Below, in pieces: positions 60,773 to 64,000 of a stretch of 64,000 bases of DNA. A model generated the notes under the pieces. That model did no database searches. It saw only the letters and a program-made list of their open reading frames with translations, and had not been told where the DNA came from. Within the stretch, counting starts at the first letter, position 1, and each line of letters opens with the position of its first letter. A program made the position numbers and the translations under genes. Source of the stretch: Alphaproteobacteria bacterium (GTDB lineage Bacteria > Pseudomonadota > Alphaproteobacteria > UBA7887); NCBI GenBank assembly GCA_965216755.1, contig CBDCGL010000011.1:1504001-1568000 (forward strand), written 5' to 3'.

Positions 60773-60870
60773 CCGATTAAAACGCAAATGAACGCCACCG
60801 GCCCCCGTCTCGACTGCGGTGGCGTCAGTCCTGAAGCACATACCGTGCTTAACGTAATATAAACCTCGCC

Positions 60871-61668
60871 ATGCCCGCGCGCAAGGACACCCGATCCAAC
60901 CATCGTCGCCCCAATCGCAATTCGCGCGATCAGGCTTTCTGGATATATGGTTTACATGCCGTTGCGGCCGCTTTGTCCAACCCAAAACGAATCGTCACTC
61001 AGGTCCTCGTCACTGAGGACGCGCGTCGTCACCTCGACAAGACCGAACGCGTCGATCTTGTCGGCCTGCCCGTTTCTGTGGTTCGGCGCGCCGATGTCAC
61101 GCGCGCTACACCGGACGGTGCCGCGCACCAAGGCATGGCCGCCGCTGTCCTGCCCTTGCCTCCGATTGATCTCGATGTCTTGGCAGATGCCGTTGGCCAG
61201 GATGGCGATCGACCAGCGCTAATCGTGGTGATCGACCAAGTGACCGATCCGCAAAATGTCGGTGCGATCATCCGCTGCGCTAGTGTCTTCGGCGCACGGG
61301 CCGTGATTGCGCCTGCCCACAACGCCGCACGTGAATCCGGTGCACTCGCGAAAGCGGCCTCTGGCGCGCTAGATTGCGTGCCGATCGTGCACGTACCCAA
61401 TTTGGCGCGAACCATGCGCAGGCTCGCGGAGTTCGGCTATTGGCGAATCGGCTTAGACCACATGGCAACCCGAGACCTGATCGCAAGCAAAATCGCGGGC
61501 CCCATGGCGTTGGTCCTTGGGGCCGAAGGCAAAGGCCTGCGCCGCCTGACCCGCGAAACGTGCGACGATCTTGCGCATATCGAATCGTTCGGCGCGCTGG
61601 ATACACTTAATGTCGCTGCAGCAACGGCCGTGGCTTTGTATGAACTGCGGCGGGGAACCGGCCCGTGA
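60871..61668 (+). CDS. rlmB: 23S rRNA 2'-O-ribose methyltransferase RlmB (TrmH/SPOUT family)
   Basis: IYGLHAV.AAL.NPKR, HQG, VTDPQNVGAI.R, LGAEGKGLRRL, LNVA.A. Confidence 0.9.
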   Translation: MPARKDTRSNHRRPNRNSRDQAFWIYGLHAVAAALSNPKRIVTQVLVTEDARRHLDKTERVDLVGLPVSVVRRADVTRATPDGAAHQGMAAAVLPLPPIDLDVLADAVGQDGDRPALIVVIDQVTDPQNVGAIIRCASVFGARAVIAPAHNAARESGALAKAASGALDCVPIVHVPNLARTMRRLAEFGYWRIGLDHMATRDLIASKIAGPMALVLGAEGKGLRRLTRETCDDLAHIESFGALDTLNVAAATAVALYELRRGTGP

Positions 61669-62888
61669 CACCGCGCACCCGAAACCGTCAAATTGCTTGG
61701 GCGGCCGCTTCAGTGATCGCGATAGTCGGTGCCCTCCCCGTGCTGGCGACCTGCCAAACGGAAAGCAACTTCTCTCAATATCCAGGTTTCGCACGATATT
61801 TCGCGGCGCACCCGCCACCGATGGCGCCCCCCTCGGAACGCGACCAGGCCCTGGCATTTCGCTATCGTCCACGCCTGCTGCTGCCAGCTGACCATCCCGG
61901 ACCAATAGATTTCTATGCCGACTATATTGCGCAAGGCACTCTGCGCGACCGCGACGGCAATGTGATCAGTGATCGTGTCACGCAGGCGATGCTCAACAAA
62001 TACCGTGACGATCGGCATGTCGTTTTCGTCCATGAACCACGGCATCAAGCCCCCGAGCCCAAGGTATACGCGCGAATCACGCGTGAGGTGATTGATCCGA
62101 CATGGTATCCTGGCGTATCCGACCAGCCCTATACGTTCATCGGCTATACAGCCGTTTTTCGCCATTCCGGATTGCCGGCCAGTCTTTCATGGTGGCAAGA
62201 GAGCTTGGTTTCCCTCTTTGCTCAACCGGAGGATTGGCACCAATTGGATCACTACACCAGCGTCACCTTGGTCCTCGACCCCGCCGATCAGCCGGTGGCT
62301 GCGATATTCCAGCATCACAACTATATGCGCACCTATATGCTGGACCTTGATATCACGTTGCCTGACGATCAGCGTTTGCGGGTCGACGTGGCGGTGCGTT
62401 CGAATGAACTCTATCCGGCACGCAATCAGCCGGCGGAGCGACGTGCGGTACGATTTCTTGATACCGAAACGTTCGCCTATCTGATCACCGGCGAATCGCA
62501 ACCCTGGCTCGCCGGGGATGACCTCACCCAGCCGGCGGACGAAATCGATTATGAGTTGGTGTTTTTGCCGCCATCGGATGCCTTTTATCACTTCAAGGGT
62601 TTTCTCGGTGAGCGACGCCTTCTGCCCGGACGCGACGGACCACCGGGTGCCGATTTCAACACGTTACCGGTGCTCAAGCCCCTGACAATGCAAATGTTTG
62701 TGTCTTATTGGCGGGACGGGGACCTGGCAACTCTGTCGCGCTTTTCGTCGATGGTCGACGATTGGCGTGACCACGATGGCTGGCGTGCATTCGCAATGGC
62801 ACAGGCGGCGCAATTCGCGCGCGATCGCGCGTGCGCCAACGTGATACAAATGGCCTGTCTCACCGACACCGGTGATCCTCGTCCTTAG
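61665..62888 (+). CDS. exported hypothetical protein (signal peptide, lipobox-like LATC)
   Basis: 407-aa ORF with a hydrophobic N-terminus; GTGA start/stop overlap with rlmB. Confidence 0.75.
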   Translation: MTPRTRNRQIAWAAASVIAIVGALPVLATCQTESNFSQYPGFARYFAAHPPPMAPPSERDQALAFRYRPRLLLPADHPGPIDFYADYIAQGTLRDRDGNVISDRVTQAMLNKYRDDRHVVFVHEPRHQAPEPKVYARITREVIDPTWYPGVSDQPYTFIGYTAVFRHSGLPASLSWWQESLVSLFAQPEDWHQLDHYTSVTLVLDPADQPVAAIFQHHNYMRTYMLDLDITLPDDQRLRVDVAVRSNELYPARNQPAERRAVRFLDTETFAYLITGESQPWLAGDDLTQPADEIDYELVFLPPSDAFYHFKGFLGERRLLPGRDGPPGADFNTLPVLKPLTMQMFVSYWRDGDLATLSRFSSMVDDWRDHDGWRAFAMAQAAQFARDRACANVIQMACLTDTGDPRP

Positions 62889-62902
62889 CCACGCCGTCGA
62901 CC

Positions 62903-64000
62903 ATGATCATTTCGCCATCGCTTGCCGACGTAACGCCGCTCAGAGCGGCCGTTCGCGCGGCAGCGCTGCGCGATGAGGCAACGGTCGTCACGCGCCTGCT
63001 CGACATACTCGAGCTGCCCGACGACGTCGCCCGATCGATCACGACGCGCGCCCGCACACTGACCAAAGCGGTTCGTGAGCGTCAGGCCAGTCATGGCGGC
63101 CTCGACAGTTTCCTTCAAGAGTTCGACCTGTCGAGCAAAGAAGGCGTGGTGATGATGTGCCTTGCAGAGGCATTGTTGCGGGTACCTGACGCCGACACGG
63201 TCGACAAACTCATCAAGGACAAACTCGCGTCGGCCGATTGGTCGGCCCATGTCGGCCGCAGTGAATCGCTTTTCGTCAATGCGTCGACCTGGGCCCTGAT
63301 GTTGACCGGACGCGTTATGCGTCTGGATGAAGAGCCGGGCGGCGAACCCGCTGGATTTATCAAGCGTCTGGTGTCGCGCAGTGGCGAGCCCGTGGTGCGT
63401 GCCGCCATCACCCAGGCTATGCGCATCCTCGGCCGCCAGTTCGTTATGGGACGAACAATAGCCGACGCGATGCAGCGCGCGCGGACAAGTGATTTCGCCG
63501 CCTATCGGTTTTCATTCGACATGTTGGGCGAGGCCGCGCGAACCCGGACTGCGGCGGCGCAATACTACGATGCCTATCGCGATGCCATTGCCGCCATTGG
63601 CGCTGACCCGGCCGGTCGCAGCATCGACCACGGCCCGGGCTTGTCAGTCAAGCTATCGGCCCTACACCCGCGCTTTGAATTCGCCCAGCGCGAGCGCGTC
63701 ATCGCCGAGTTGATCCCTGCGGTGCGGGAGTTGGCGAGGGCCGCGGCCGCGCACGATATTGGGATGACTATCGACTCGGAGGAGGCGGCGCGCCTTGACG
63801 TATCCATGGATGTGATCGAGGCTGTCGCTCTGGACCCCGCGCTAGCCGGTTGGCAGGGCCTTGGTGTTGCCGTTCAAGCGTATCAAAAACGAGCAGTGCC
63901 CCTGATTGCCTGGCTGGCCGATGTCGCCCGCCGCGGCAACCGCCGGCTCATGGTGCGGCTGGTCAAAGGCGCCTACTGGGACACTGAAATTAAGCGTGCC
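62903..64000 (+). CDS. putA: bifunctional proline dehydrogenase/P5C dehydrogenase PutA, 5' part (runs off the window)
   Basis: Translated by hand from ATG 62903: FLQEFDLSSKEGVVMMCLAEALLRVPD, FVNASTW, FSFDMLGEAA, SVKLSALHPRF, RLVKGAYWDTEIK; missing from the ORF track because there is no stop in the window. Confidence 0.95.
   Translation, partial: MIISPSLADVTPLRAAVRAAALRDEATVVTRLLDILELPDDVARSITTRARTLTKAVRERQASHGGLDSFLQEFDLSSKEGVVMMCLAEALLRVPDADTVDKLIKDKLASADWSAHVGRSESLFVNASTWALMLTGRVMRLDEEPGGEPAGFIKRLVSRSGEPVVRAAITQAMRILGRQFVMGRTIADAMQRARTSDFAAYRFSFDMLGEAARTRTAAAQYYDAYRDAIAAIGADPAGRSIDHGPGLSVKLSALHPRFEFAQRERVIAELIPAVRELARAAAAHDIGMTIDSEEAARLDVSMDVIEAVALDPALAGWQGLGVAVQAYQKRAVPLIAWLADVARRGNRRLMVRLVKGAYWDTEIKRA

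Noticed and set aside
60849-60865. CtrA box (TTAA-N7-TTAA) upstream of rlmB, and half sites near 8515 and 11737
   Set aside because: Only partial matches; not distinguishable from chance in AT-rich spacers

Overview
Chromosomal window from a moderately GC-rich alphaproteobacterium with Rhodospirillales-like gene order. About 28-61 kb is the core translation/transcription supercluster on the minus strand: tRNA-Tyr, tRNA-Gly, tuf, tRNA-Trp, secE, nusG, rplKAJL, rpoBC, rpsLG, fusA, tuf, the S10/spc block, secY, adk, rpsMK, rpoA, rplQ. It is followed by degQ, rarA, crcB, a RluA-family gene, a HAD hydrolase, an AsmA-like gene, ATP12, pccB and pccA. The first ~16 kb is accessory and metabolic: the 3' end of lipB, a TPR-methyltransferase, mmsB, a GST, an amidase, an orphan SoxYZ-like carrier with a metallohydrolase, a GT64/EXTL2-like glycosyltransferase, a lipoprotein protease, a repeat-containing peptidoglycan-binding lipoprotein, an ankyrin-SPOR protein, two oxidoreductases, and a truncated hybrid kinase abutting a small inverted-repeat element. 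The right end holds rlmB, an exported hypothetical protein and the 5' part of putA. Three observations stand out: a ~72-aa in-frame, SH3b-like insertion in a normally gap-free part of RNA polymerase beta; an 8x23-aa charge-complementary hairpin-like peptidoglycan-binding lipoprotein; and a REP/MITE-like element at a kinase truncation point. All family assignments come from motif recognition by eye; no database searches were run.
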